The notes beneath the pieces are model-generated. The model saw nothing but the letters and a program-made list of their open reading frames with translations, was not told where the DNA came from and did no database searches. The position numbers and the translations under genes were made by a program. This document shows, in pieces, positions 12,845 through 26,146 of a DNA stretch of 64,000 nt; within the stretch, counting starts at the first letter, position 1, and each line of letters begins with the position of its first letter. Location: the NCBI GenBank assembly GCA_964252035.1, contig OZ176205.1; one strand, written 5' to 3'. The DNA is from Podarcis erhardii. Taxonomy: Eukaryota.

Positions 12845-13223
12845 GGAAGTAAGAGGCAGATGGAGTCGTCAACCTGGGAAGGTAGCCCATTCAGGAGAAG
12901 GAAGGCCTCTTCTGCCTTGTGGAATATCTTTGGGAGAAGAAAAGGCTAAGGAGTAAGCCCTTCACAAACCTAGAGTGGCGTCCCTAAGATGGTTCCAGCA
13001 ACTCCTGCAGCCAAGTTGGTGGCAAACATATTGCTCTGCTTTCTTTTGGACCACATCAGTGAGGCCGAGGGGGGCGGTCTTGTCATCTGGGCAGTGCAGA
13101 ACCTCCATACACTGCCCAGGCTTGTGCCACGGAGAGATAATTTTGGTGCTGCTAATGCAATGGTTTGATTTCACTCCCGGAATCACACTCCATTGTCTCT
13201 CAAGACAGACAGATGCCAACAAC
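12845..13223 (+). mobile_element. Non-coding retroelement-derived repeat (tentatively Vingi/RTE-related), 5'-truncated
   Basis: Colinear with the reverse complement of 18434-18830; ends ggatgccaacaa. Family name is tentative. Confidence 0.7.
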
Positions 13224-13839
13224 TAATATAGTAAGTTAATTTAGTCATGACTGTGTTGTCCCATATGTTATTAGACAGTACATTAACCTCTGGGGCTGTA
13301 GCTATGATCATGTATAAAATTATAGAAGCTGATAGCAGATAGGAAACAATTTTTTGTTTTGTTAGCACAGACTTGGCACCACGACTTATGAAGTGACAGG
13401 AACTACACATGTCCCTGAGTATTAGGCAAGGCTTTTGCCAACTGGATTATAAAGAAACTGCATTTGGTGCTGTGACCTTAGAGTACTTCTCAGAAACAAA
13501 GGTGAGGTGGTAAACTTGTTTCTTGACTACATCACTGCAGAGCACAAGTAGGAGCTTATATCACCGCTTCTCCATACAAAAAAAAGCAAACAAACCCCCA
13601 AACCTCCACACATAGAAAGGTCAATGCCAGAGAGAAGTATTCCAGTCCAGCCTTGTCCCTCACATGCCAGTTTTCTATATGCCAGTAATTTCTGTAGAAG
13701 AGCATTCCATCATGTCAGCCTCCCCCTGTGGTGATACAGCCAAGAAACTGCTGCTTACGACAACCATTTCCTTCTGCCATCCAGCCCAGGAAGTGTGTGT
13801 TTCTTCCTCCTTAAACCTTCAGTTTATAGCATTCTTGGC

Positions 13840-13972
13840 CAGAGGTGGGAAGCCTGTGGCCTTCCAGATGTTGTTGAACTCCCAGCTCCCATCAGTTCTG
13901 TCTAGTCTGGGTTGGGGATGATAGGAACTGTAGTCCAGCAACATCTGGCATGACAGAGGCTCCCCATCCCTG
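13840..13972. mobile_element. hAT palindromic MITE (older relative)
   Basis: cag...ctg termini; TSD ttcttggc/atctaggc (6/8); ccagatgttg/caacatctgg arms. Confidence 0.7.
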
Positions 13973-14097
13973 ATCTAGGCTTTGCATGACTAGGTCAAGA
14001 AAATGAAAATGTTGGAGTCAATTAATATATACTATGAACGTGGATGAATGGCAGATAAATTATAGGCACAAACCCATCTCACTTATTAATTTATTTA

Positions 14098-14253
14098 TAG
14101 TCAACTCCCAATTTGCAAGCATTAGAGTCATACACACCGGAAGGGGGTGGAACAGGCAGGATGGGGGAGGAACGGGGGGATGGGCTTACGTGTGGCCCGC
14201 CAGCATGCACAGTGACTCGGAACACAACCCCCATGCAAATGCGGAGTTGCCTG
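14098..14253. mobile_element. Tc1/mariner-type MITE in an L2 tail
   Basis: TA flanks; TIRs tagtcaactcccaatttgca vs caggcaactccgcatttgca. Confidence 0.65.
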
Positions 14254-15461
14254 TACACCATTTATATCCTGTACTTCAACGTAACTTTCAAACAAACGTA
14301 ACAAATTTAACAAAAGAAATAAAAAGGTACACTTTAGTAATAATAATAAATTAAAGCATGGAAAATAGTGCAGCAAATTTAAACAACAAAATAAAGCAGC
14401 AAAAGCCCATTCAAAACAGACAATAAAATTAAAGTGCTCTAAAATACAATCTCTGTGGACAGATCGATTGACAGGGAAAAGTTGATCCCTCCAGTAGATT
14501 TTGGGGGCAAAATTCTGTCATGAAAATGGATTAATGGCTCACCTTTCTCAGTCGGTGGCAGGATGACCTGACAAGACCCGTATTAAATTTAGAGACACAC
14601 CCACACTGCAAAGTCACATGTGGCAATATAACACAGAACACACTGGATCAGAGCAATGACTGAACCACTGAAAAGTGGCATATAAACAAACAGAGAGAAA
14701 GCTGAGGTAGAGGGGTTACTGAGCCAGGAAAAAGTAGCCACAGGGCGAGACACTCAGTAGCATGTCCTGAATGAAGGTCAGAGCAGAGGAGGAGGAAGAG
14801 AAGATCTCTTTGCCCCACACCTCCCACCAAGTGAGTCACACATAGCTGTACGCATTGGGGCTTTGCTGATTATTTTGGCTTTTTTGGCCCAGGGCGAGAA
14901 GCTCTCCATTCAGATCAAGCACATGGCTGCTTTTGGCTGGGAGCCCATCCAGCCGTCAAGCCCCAGCATGGGACACCAAATTTTTAACATACTTTTCCTG
15001 CTATGGTTTGGCAAGGTGCCACATTGCAAGATTTGGCACTATGACCTATGGCTTACAAAGTGACAGTCTCCCACTCAGAACAATGCAGGACAGGTGTAGA
15101 AGGGATCGAGAGAAGACGCATTGGCCTGTGGCCTAGGTAGTTAAGCTAGTTTGAAACAGGCGAGATGGCAACCCAAGTGGTAGGTTCTTTTGGCAAAGCC
15201 GCTAAACAGACAGGTGGGTGCAGTGGTATATTGATTGCTTTTGATCTTCTGGAGATAATTTGCTTTCCCCCTAAAGATCAATCTTCTGTCTTAATTATAA
15301 TGTCTTATACTCATCCCTCCCCCCATGCGCACACACACAGCTCTGATCAAATTTGGAGTCCCTTGCAGATGCATTAAAGCAATAAGGCAGTGCTGGATTT
15401 AGGGGGGTGCTGGCAGTCCCCCCCCCCACAGGGTGCCAAGCTGAGGGGGTGCATAATAATA

Positions 15462-15687
15462 CAGTGGTACCTCGGGTTACATACGCTTCAGGTTACAGAC
15501 GCTGCTAAACCAGAAATAGTGCTTCAGGTTAAGAACTTTGCTTCAGGATGAGAACAGAACTTGTGCTCTGGCGGCGTGGTGGCAGCAGGAGGCCCCATTG
15601 GCTAAAGTGGTGCTTCAGGTTAAGAATAGTTTCAGGTTAAGAACAGACCTCCGGAACGAATTAAGTACTTAACCCGAGGTACCACTG
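15462..15687. mobile_element. Tigger/pogo-like (Tc1/mariner) MITE, 226 bp
   Basis: Perfect TIR cagtggtacctcgggtta; TA TSD both sides. Confidence 0.9.
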
Positions 15688-15688
15688 T

Positions 15689-15689
<1 letters not shown>

Positions 15690-15722
<33 letters not shown>
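15690..15722. repeat. (ATC)11 microsatellite
   Basis: Direct reading; abuts the 15462 MITE. Confidence 0.95.
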
Positions 15723-15803
15723 TATATTTATATGAGTACCTACTGAGGAAATCCATTAAAAAGCCACTGTACCAGAAAGGAATGATTGTGAAAATAAGAA
15801 ATA

Positions 15804-16174
15804 CCGTATTTTTTGCACCATAACACTCACTTTTTTCCTCCTAGAAAGTAAGGGGAAATGTCTGTGCGTGTTATGGAGCGAATGCCTGCGGGTGGCGGGG
15901 GGGGGGGGGATCTGCTGCAGTCGTGAGCAGAGGATCCATGGTTCCCCTTCCTTCCCTCCTCTGTGGTTACAAAGCATGGATCCACATGGATCCTCAGGAG
16001 TTTTGCATTGGGCTACTCCAAACTCACTGTCAGATCACATGCCTGTGGCCACAGCATGAACCACAAAAATCATATATCCACTATTTCGTTTAGAATTTTT
16101 TCCCCCTGGTTTTCCTCCTCTAAAAACTATGTGCGTGTTATGGTCTGGTGTGTGTTATAGAGCGAAAAATACGG
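15804..16174. mobile_element. Tc2-like (CCGTA-terminated) non-autonomous DNA transposon
   Basis: TIR ccgtatttt at both ends; TA TSD. Confidence 0.85.
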
Positions 16175-18433
16175 TACTTAGGGAGGGGGTGCCAAATTTT
16201 GTCCTCAGGGCACCATATTACCAAAGTCCACCCCTGGTTAAGCTAACAGTTTCTTATCTCTATACAGTATTAAGATTCCATAAGAGCTGGAAATTCACAG
16301 GTCCTGAAAGGTAACAGGGTAAATTTAATTCACAAACTTATATGCAGTATGTCTCCTGCCTCTTACCTGCAGTATGTATAATCCACTCCCTTCTTGTCTG
16401 GATGGCTGTTTTTCACATTCTATTGATTGGCACTCAAAGACTTAAGTTTACAATTAGTATGTATTAATTAATATGAATATGTTGATGACTCTGCTTTTTT
16501 CTCCTGTACTGCTATCTTATTTTTGGGTTATTAGGATTATTTTTATTAGTCTTTGGTTGTCCTTTATTTCCTTTAGGTTTTTTTACTATACATTGTAAGC
16601 TGCCTTGAGGACTTCATATGGAATGGCAGGGTAGACCAGTTTTACAGCTCCCAGTGCTCATTCACCAAGCAGTCTGAAATCCTCCAGCCCAGCCATCCAG
16701 CTGCTACCTAGGTGTAAAATGCACGACTTGTGCACCAGGCAGGGGCATCATAGGCTGAACAGGAACATGATGACAAGCAGAGGGGTGAGCTGGAGGGCAG
16801 CCTTCCTGTGCTTCTTCAGCCTCCAGCCAAAAATAAACCCCACTTGCTCTCCCAGTCTCCCTGGGTGGTGTCTGTTTATTTTCTGTAAGTGATCCTACAA
16901 GGAACAGAACTGCTGCCAAGGCTTCGTGGTGGAAGAAGGGTAAGCTATACTGAGGTCATTGTCCGCACAATACATTTTCCAACAATAGGAAAACGCTTTG
17001 TTCCAGAGAGTACAACGCCTGACCCAAGGTTAGGGCTGTAGAAACCATTGCAAAGCCAACATGATGTGGATATGTGCACATGCCATTTGCTGCTGTTGAT
17101 ACAGAACGGCAGATTAACACCATACATTTAAAGCACATCCAATGCACATTTAAAGCATGTGCCTTCCCCCCAAAAATTTTGGGAAGTCTAGTTTGTTAAG
17201 GGTGTTGAGAACTGGAGCTCTTTAAAGGGGAAGCTACAGTTCCCAGTATTCTTTAGGGGAAGCCATGAGCTTAAATGCAGGGTGTGGATCTCTGTGTACA
17301 AATGTGTATTTATGCATGTATGTATGTGAGCTCAGAAGACATTACCTGGTACCTTCAGCTGAGCCCCCTTACTTGACTGACCACTCAGCTAAATGCTTTT
17401 CTGCGCAGGAGGGTAATAGCTATGGCTCAACTGTTTGTCTCATTTTCCTACACAGTAGAGTAACAGCTTTGGCTCAATTCATTGGGAGTTTGTCAATGTG
17501 AAAAAAATGTGCTTATCTTTCTTCCAGCACCAAATCCCTTTAAAGTTCCTTGAAATACAGAAATTACAAGTAGAGGAATAAAAACCCAGTTAGTGGCAGG
17601 AAATTTTAAAATACTGCTAGCTTTGCCAATATAAAAAATAATAATGGATGTACTGCAGAAGATTTAAAGGGCTGAGCAGCTGGGCAAGGGAAGAGGCTGC
17701 CTCTGTCTGCTGTTGTATATGAAAACTGGCAAATTGAGGGATTCCAGAATAAAAAGCTAATATAACTCCACCCTGCTGTTGCTGGTCTACTCCTCACCCC
17801 TCAATTTGAAGCATGGTAGACTACAGAGTTGAATAAAGGTTTCCCCAGTCTCAGGATATATGGGCAAAAGGCCAGTAAATGCTTTTTGGATAGCCTGTTG
17901 GTAAATATTGATTCTCACATGAAAACAGAAATAAGAACTTCTAAAACAATTACTTATTTTGCATTTGCTCAGATAATAATTATATATATTTTATTGTGCT
18001 GTGTTCAGTTACACCCCCCCCCCTTGTCCTTTCCACCATCTCATTCTAGGACGCCACAGAAACTTGCTATAAAGGTAGAAAACAAGAGACACACCTAGAA
18101 TGGGGAATGCTGGGAAAGAGCACGACAGCAGAGGATTAGTTCTTTTGTACTTTAATACCTACACAGTAATTGTGTTTAGATACTCTGGGTTTATAAAATA
18201 ATTTCCATGGATTACCTACACAACAAGTAGGATTATGTAAAGACATTTTAAATGTGCTTGACATGATACCAAAACCAATGCTACAGCGAATTAATGTTTA
18301 TGATGTAAATGTGTTAAGTGTACAGTTTATGAGAGAAAACATTGCTGTCCAAAACCCCCACAAATCTGAAATGGAAAATATTAGAGCAGGTAGCCTAAGG
18401 CAATAAGTGCTTTATCCTAGTGGATATAAAGGT

Positions 18434-19112
18434 ATTGTTGACATCCATCTGTCTCAAGAGAGAATGGAGTGTGCCTCTGGAGGTGAAGTCAAACCACTGC
18501 ATTAGCAGCACCCAAGTGGCCTCCCTTGGGCACAAGCCTGAGCAATGTATATGGAGATCTTGGGCTGCTCAGATGACAAGACCCTCCCCCCCCCGCCCCC
18601 GCTGATGTGGATCAGAGGAAAGCAATACTGGAAGGAGGCGTACAGGGCACCATTCAATCGCCTTTGGGACTCCATCCCTGATATTTTGTAGGGTTTATTC
18701 CTTAGCCTTTTATTCTCTGAAGATATCCTGCAGGGCAGCAGAGGTTTAGGATCAGAATTTTCCTTCTCCTAAATGGGCTACCTTCCCAGGTTGACGAGTC
18801 CCCTCTTCCCCTCATATCCATCTACAGCACGTGCAGAAATCATCTTCTTGGCCATTGGACCCATTATTGGTCTCGTCCATTCAATCCACCGTAGCCTGTC
18901 TTTGCATGCAGGGGAAGTCCCTAACTCACTGAGGGTTTGAGACCCATTGGTTACCCTCACCTGCTTTAGCTGGCCGTTTGAAGCCATTTCTGGGGTGTGG
19001 CTGCTGTCACATACTGACAGCTTCCAGGAGCCACAGGTGAGAGCTGAGTGCAGGGTGGGAACCACAGGTGGACAAACTACCTCAGAAGCATGACGTGTCC
19101 CATACCCATCCC
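18434..19112 (-). mobile_element. Longer copy of the same repeat, opposite orientation
   Basis: Shared blocks gtcaacctgggaaggtagcccat, aaggctaagga.taa, gtttga.ttcac; track ORFs 12962 and 18420 share VKSNHCISST. Confidence 0.7.
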
Positions 19113-20269
19113 CTAACACCCCATATTAAATTTAAGGAATGCAATTAAGGGGGTAATGAAATAAATTTGTAGATACTTGTCAGGAAAGTGTTATATTTTA
19201 TGTCTTACCCTCCAATAGAGGGGGAGCAGCTGGGGAAACTCAGGTGAGGAGGAAGAGCCAGCAGGGCTGCAAGTGAGGCCCCCTGTCTCACCATCCTCAT
19301 GCAGTGCCTGAGGCAATTGCCGCACTCTGCCTAATGATAGGGCTGGCCCTGCAGACAATTCAAAGACAGAACAAGCAACACATGCAGCATATTGGAGGGC
19401 TGATGTAGTTCCCCTTTATATGCTGTACAAATGCTTTGACTAGGGAAGGATGCTTTATAGGGGCAGCCAGCAACATATGAATAATTCCATAATGGATACA
19501 CTAGTTATATAAAAATATGTAATGGCAATGCATTTCAGAAGGAAATAATCCACATGCTGAGTCAGACCAGTTTCACCAAACATTTTGCTAGATCTATCTT
19601 GTAAAAATGTGTAGGGTCTTTAAAACCCAGTGTTATCCTGTACAAATAACTTCCACAGGAAACCTGAAAGGGCATTTAGCAGCAAGTGGTGTATTTCAAA
19701 GTTAGGTATTTGTATTCTAAATGGATTTGGAAATTTATCTTAAAATCCCCTGTTTCCAGTGAGCTAAAGTTTTCATAGGTCCTTGGCACTTCTTAAGATT
19801 TTCTTTAGCACATTTTCTGAAAAGGAAGAGCCTGCCTTCTTGGCCGCCGCCCCCACCCCTCACCCCCATGTTGAAATGAAGCACTGTGTTCTAGGCTCAG
19901 AAACAAAAAAAGCAAATAGGAACTATATCAAGACTCAGTTGTTTTGAAAACTTTTGAGCCCATCCCATTTGTTGCAGATAATGACTGAAAATTTATAAAA
20001 GGCTGTGTTAGTAGTAATAGGGTTTTTGTAACTCCAAGTGTCTGAAAGACCCAGCTGGTAAGGGTGGGGACTTGTGATATTTCCCAAAACATCAGCAGTC
20101 CACCCCACTAAAAATTAAATGCTATACAAGGCACAAGAAGTTGGAATCCATACGTAAGTTGCAGTTTGAAGGCAGCCTGTTTTGATGTAAAGATAACTGT
20201 CATGGTCTTTGTGGCCGCATATGGACTTCAAGTTAAACCATAGTTCAGCATTACAAGAAAACACCTTGG

Positions 20270-20790
20270 TGGCCTGGTTCACACATAATGCTAAGCCATC
20301 GTTTGTTTAAGCTATAGTTTAACAAACAATGAATTTGTTTTTTGAAGGTTAACTGCTTTTAAATAGTACTTTTTTGTACTGACTTGTTTTCTGCCCTGGG
20401 CACCAGTGGAAGAAGGGCAGGATATAAATTTAATAAAATAATATAAATATAAGTAAATAATTAAAAAGTTAACAAACACAGACAATCAAACATACTATTG
20501 TTGTTACTTCAAAGTTCAGTTTGTTTTGTTTGCTCTTGCCTCATGTTTATTGTAGTTTGGTGAGCTTCTGGAGTGGGATGATCAAGCAAACTATGGTTAA
20601 GACAGGGTACTGGATTCATATGTAACACCAAGCCATAGTTAAAACAAAATTATGTTTGTAAGCCATCAACCAGCTGTAGCTTCAGATTGTGGTTTGTTGG
20701 CAGTTAACAAAACTAGTTAAGCTGCTGAGCAGGGTTCACACATAATGGTAAGTCACGGTTTAATAAGCCATGGTTTAATGTTTTGTGTGA
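20270..20790. mobile_element. Degenerate palindromic element cluster (Harbinger-like); relative near 32165-32670
   Basis: Repeated ggttcacacataat...aaccatggtt/aactatggtt modules; 32610-32670 is the reverse complement of 20271-20330. Confidence 0.5.
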
Positions 20791-21137
20791 ACCAGAGTCT
20801 TGGCTCACGTGCTCCTCCCTTGTCCCTCAACACAACTGCAAGAAGTTCTAAAACTTTTTCTTCCATTCTTGCTTAACCACAACTTGTCCTGTCATCTGAA
20901 TTAACAAAGTGTGGTTAACCGTAACTACGGTTTGTTTGAAAGAAGCTTCAAGTCAAACATTGTTAACATTAATCAAAATGTGTTAATTCAGAGGATGGGA
21001 CAAGCTGTGGTTATGTAAAAGTGGAAGTGGTGGCTTGCAAATTCTTCTGCATGGCCATGGCAGTGCAGGGCAGGGAGCATGTGAAACAGAGACTTACTGC
21101 AGCTCATTCTCATAATCCTAAAACTATGTCCAGGGTG

Positions 21138-21485
21138 CAGTGGTGTAGCTAGTTGCTCGGGTGCCCGGGGTGTCACGTGAGCCCTGCGCCCAGTGGGCCA
21201 GTGGTCCACTGGGCGGGGCGAGCTGGGGCAGAGCATGCTATGCGGAGCCTCCAAGGAGTCCGCCCACAGCCTCCCCTTAAGCTGTAGGGCAGCTGAGGAG
21301 GAGGCAGCGGGCAGACGCAAGTCCTACACTGGCATTTTGGGCAGTGTGGAGCATGCAGGCACCTGAGCCACCACGTCACTTCCAGGAGAGACACATAGCT
21401 TGTGTGCGCTGCAGGCCCTGGTAAGTGATGTCACCCACAGTGTGGTGCCCAGTGTGCCCTGCCCCCCCCCCCAGCTACGCCTCTG
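21138..21485. mobile_element. GC-rich hAT-like non-autonomous element
   Basis: TIR cagtggtgtagct vs cagaggcgtagct; near TSD gtccaggg/gttcaggg. Confidence 0.75.
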
Positions 21486-24244
21486 GTTCAGGGAAACCCA
21501 GATTGGGCACCCCAGAAGTTGGGAGACTCACATAACTCTCAATTGACTCACTTCCTCTTTACCTGGACTCAGCATCATAACCGCAACCCCACTGCAATAG
21601 TTCTCCCTCTTCCACACTCGTTCTTCACAAACATTCCTTCTCTCTCAAGCAAATATTATTTCTGGACAAATACAGTGTGAATCAGCCCCTTTTGTTTTGC
21701 AGGCCTAGCTTGTCAGGCTGCTGTTTAATGACCCTCGTGCTGTGTACTGTAGGCTGTTCATTAACCTCTAGCCACAGATGGTGAGGAGCTGGCACTGAGC
21801 CACTGGGAACAGTTTGCCAGCGCTAACCAGGAGCTGCCAGTGACCTTTACACGGGGATGACTACAGTATGCCTACTACAGGGAATCAAGGAGATGGAGAA
21901 TTTGGTGTGACCATTTAAGGAATTCCTCCTCCTAATAGGGGTAGTGTCAGGGCCTAAGCGGACTTGTGCCTTTGCTTTTAAGGTGCAGGTTTTTAGAAAT
22001 GAAAATAGCACCAGCTTAACAGAGTGGATAATTTTTTTAATTGCAGCAGGCTTGAAGAGGCTATTTAACCCTCTTCCTCACTTGCTGCAGCCCTGAGAAA
22101 AAGCCTTTCTCTGAAGCTACTATTTGCACCAGGCCTCTCCATGTCTGCTGCAATTCCAGAAACTCCCCCAAGCTAATGCAATCGGTTTCTAAAACTCTGC
22201 AGTCCTGATAATCATCACCCACCCCATGATGCAATTTGCATTTTAAGAAACATTAAATGCCAATATACTTTTAGCATTAACCACATCCAAACCATACATT
22301 TAAAGCACATGACCTCTCTGCAAGAATTTTGGGAACTAGATTCTTCCTCATAAATCCACAGTCCCCATGATTCTTTAGAGAAAGTAATGTGCTTTAAATG
22401 TAAGCTGGATGTGCTTTAAATGTATCGTGTGGATCTGCCAATCATACCTAGTTTGGCCCTTGGCATCTTAATATTATGCTATTGCAATGTATATAGCAGA
22501 GGTATTAAAACCATGACCCATGGGCTACATACGTTCTTTGTAGGCCAAGCCATACATTTGCATCATGTAAATGGATTCCACACAAAATTATTCCCTACAC
22601 ATGCAGTGCTGGTGATGACAGGTGCAGCAGCAAAGGACGCAGGTGTGAAATGTTATTTTGATAGCCCTCTGAACTCTCCACCCAGGTAATGGAATCAAAC
22701 AAATTGGTTATTAATTAGTAGAGGGGATTAAATAATGACTGCTGCCGTGAGTCACAAGAGAGTACACAGACACACAAGGAGTGTCATTCAGTAAACACAC
22801 TTGGGGAAACCTAATGGTAATACACACACATATACTTGAGTCATAGCAGAATCACGATCGTTTACCTGGGGTGCAATATATGTGGAACTGGGAAAGAGAC
22901 AAAGAGTATATGTTCCTTCCTCACTACCACATGAGAGCATTATTTTGGTTTCTCAGCCTCTGGTGCTATTCATCTTAAAGCATTATTTTGTTAATTATAA
23001 AAGCTTCCCCAACATTATAGGCATGTCCAGCAAGTTTACCATTGTGTGGTACTTCCCAAATATTTGAATTTGGACCCACCTATAGACATCATCTTCCCTC
23101 TGAGCCTTGCCCCCCACAACTTTTGGTAGGCAGCCATGTATTTAGTGTGTGATCACACAAAATCTTCACACACTAGTCACTGCTGCTGGGTGTAAGAATC
23201 TGATGACTGGGGCGCTAAATCAATTCTGGCATTAGAAGGCAGCTAAAACAGACTTCCTCTTTAAGCCAGCCTCTGAAGGAGACAGAAGTGGGGAGGAGCT
23301 GCTGTGGCCAAATATATTTGGCCTGACATTGTGCAACTTCCATGATAACAGGAATTTTATTGGCTGCTACCGTAAAGCTCTACTGCAGAGAAAGGAGAGC
23401 TTTGCCTGCTGCAGGCTCTTCTGCCTCCCTTGAGCTTCAAACCCATCCTGAAATGCACTCCTCGCAGTGTCCCATGCAACAGTCGGAGAATTATTTAAAT
23501 GCTCTATATATGGGAGAGGAGCTTTATTTATTTAAATTTATACACTGCTCGATTGGGGGGAAAATCCTCAAAGCAGTTTAAAAAAGATAAAATGGTAGAA
23601 TTAAGAAAAAATGTACACCCTTACTTTAAAACATACAAAAGTTAAAATACTAAACGGATAAAAATTACCTTAGACTTTAGTCTAATTCCAGACATAGGCA
23701 AGATGCCTAAACCTAAAACATCCCCTACAGATGCTTACATAAGTTTAACTTATTAAGATGATCCTATCTAAGCATTCTTATGAAGAAGAAATCGTACTGA
23801 AGTTAAGGAGACTTAGTCCACAGTTTATACTCAGGACTGAGATGTAAAACTGCTGCTATTATATGTTCCTACATTGCCTTGGAAAACACTTATTCTCCAC
23901 TTTTCCCCATTGTGGGTTCTTATACTCCAGGGCTATATAGTGCTGTTGATACATTGCTTTTCTGCACACAGCTGATGGAATTAAATGGGGCACTATATGG
24001 CATCTAATAGAGTACTATTTCCTTATAAAACCCAGTAATGTCAGTCCTAATGGGCAAGTTCCTTCTAAATGTGCACTTCGATATGTCCCACTACAGCAAA
24101 GTCTTACTACTGCCTCTTTAATTAGTAGCTCCTCTATTTTCTCTTTCTTTTAATGTGGCTTCTGCCCCTTTAATTAGCTATTTCCAGAGTGCAGTGGAGT
24201 AGCTTTAATCACTGGATATCTCTTTGCAGTCAGAGCAATTGCTT

Positions 24245-24280
24245 GTTTGTTTGTTTGTTTGTTTGTTTGTTTGTTTGTTT
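24245..24280. repeat. (GTTT)9 microsatellite
   Basis: Direct reading. Confidence 0.95.
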
Positions 24281-26146
24281 TATTAGGCACATTTTTGCAA
24301 TTTCACTCGTAAAAATAAAATGAATTAGAACAATTATGCATATCTGCAAACAGGAAACCAGTCATTAATACACACACTCCATGGAGCAGGAGCTAACTAA
24401 TTACAGCCAATCCAGGGATGCCATGGGCACAGAAGTGAAGGAACTAATTACAGGGGCACTAGCAGCTTTAAATGAAAGAGGCAAGGATGAAGCTAGCACA
24501 AATCATTTATGAAAAAAGGCAGAAAAACAAGAGAAAACATTAGAATGTGGTAGGCTGGATTCTCTGTAAAATGGTGAGTGAATGAATGCTGTATTATTAT
24601 GGGAAACACAGCTAATATGGAAGCAACGGCTGCACATGGCTCGGTTCAAGACTGCTATTTCACTTTTCTGCAGAAAGCCCCCAAATTAGCAGGGCCCAAA
24701 GATACATCCCAAATACATTTTTAAGGTTAAATGGTGAAAAGGCAATGCATTTTATAAATGTGTGTTGTGGTTATTGTCGGTATCATTTTGTATCTCCTAA
24801 TAACAATAGTAATGCTATCAGAACAAAATAAACAAGGCATTCATTTTAGAAGCAAATAAGCTTGTGCTTTTGACATGCATACCTAGTTCTTAGGATTGTT
24901 TAATTGTTCAGAACAATAGTCAAGCAGTTGTACAGAGGCAGAAAGCTGGCCAGAGATATGAGTGCTCCCGAGGCATAATCGCTTGTGTGGTCGAGGGTGG
25001 GGGTTCCTCTCCTGCCTAAATGGTGTTCCTGTTTGGCTGGTTTGCTTGAGCGATTTGAAGTATGGTACATACAGGCGAAGGATGCCATTTCACTCATGGT
25101 GAGCCATTCCTAACTTATATTTGAGGTTGAAGAGGCTGGGTTTTGTTCATTCCAGCTGCAATGATTATATTATTCTTTGAAGTTGCAGACCTATCCCACT
25201 TACCTGGGAGGAAGCCTCACTGAAATCAATGGGACTTGATTCTGAGTAGGCATGTATAGGAAGTTTTTTAAAAAACACCAACCCCAACACATTCCCTTAT
25301 TATTTTCCTCCTCAAGCAACATGCGTCCTTTTACCTTTTGCCCTACATCACCCAGTCTGTGTGTGTTGCTGTCTTCTGAATTGTCTTCAGTTAGTATGTC
25401 TTCTCTTCAAAATGTGCTGCAGCAGTAAAGGTCAAATTTATACACCACATCCTCACCTCTCCCAGTGCATATATTGCCCTATCCCAGCTGAGCTGGCCTT
25501 AAGCCTTTCTATTTATGCTTGCTGAGAACAAGCCCTGTTGGCAACCATTAAACTGGAATAAGTTACACCAGTGTAAAGGACAAAAAAAACAAAACAAAAA
25601 ACAACCCAGGGACTGTTATGGGCAGAGAATTGGCATGTTGGGGCTGGTAGGGATAGTGGGGCAAGAAAGTGAGTAGACAGAAGGTTCCCCCCCCCCGATA
25701 AGTTTTCCCCACCCCAAACACACACACTGAGGATACCTAGCCCAAGAGACCCCCAGAACTTGGAGCCAGCACTACACTAATTTGAAACAAACTGTTGAAC
25801 TAGAATTTTATTCAGCAAGTCTGTGCTTGGGCTTTTATGATCGAGATGCAGCAGTAAGTCGCTGTTTGTCGGCGTTGCACTACTGATTCATATTCAGAGT
25901 ATAATTAGCTGCTCTGTCATACACACCCCTACACACACATAGTGTCTGGGAGAGTTTTTGGCAAATGGACTCTGTTTTCCCTTCAAGGTCTGGCAAGTTC
26001 CCATTTAAAGAAGGAATGCAGAGTTCCTTTTCCCTCTGATATTTAAGCAGGAATTAATGCTGAGAGGAGAGGCGGACCTGGAAAGGGTGATATTGTAGAG
26101 CAAATAGCTAGAATCAACATTTTGGCCCAATAAACAATAAGTCTAA

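Larger units (their letters stand above)
15388..16236. mobile_element. Older hAT-like host element interrupted by two MITEs and an (ATC)n tract
   Basis: Ends cagtgctggatttagg and (reverse complement) caggggtggactttgg match 12/16; no clear TSD. Confidence 0.5.

Noticed and set aside
21777-21860. Protein-looking frame DGEELALSHWEQFASANQELPVTFTRG
   Set aside because: Only ~30 codons between stops, no good donor and no recognisable homology.
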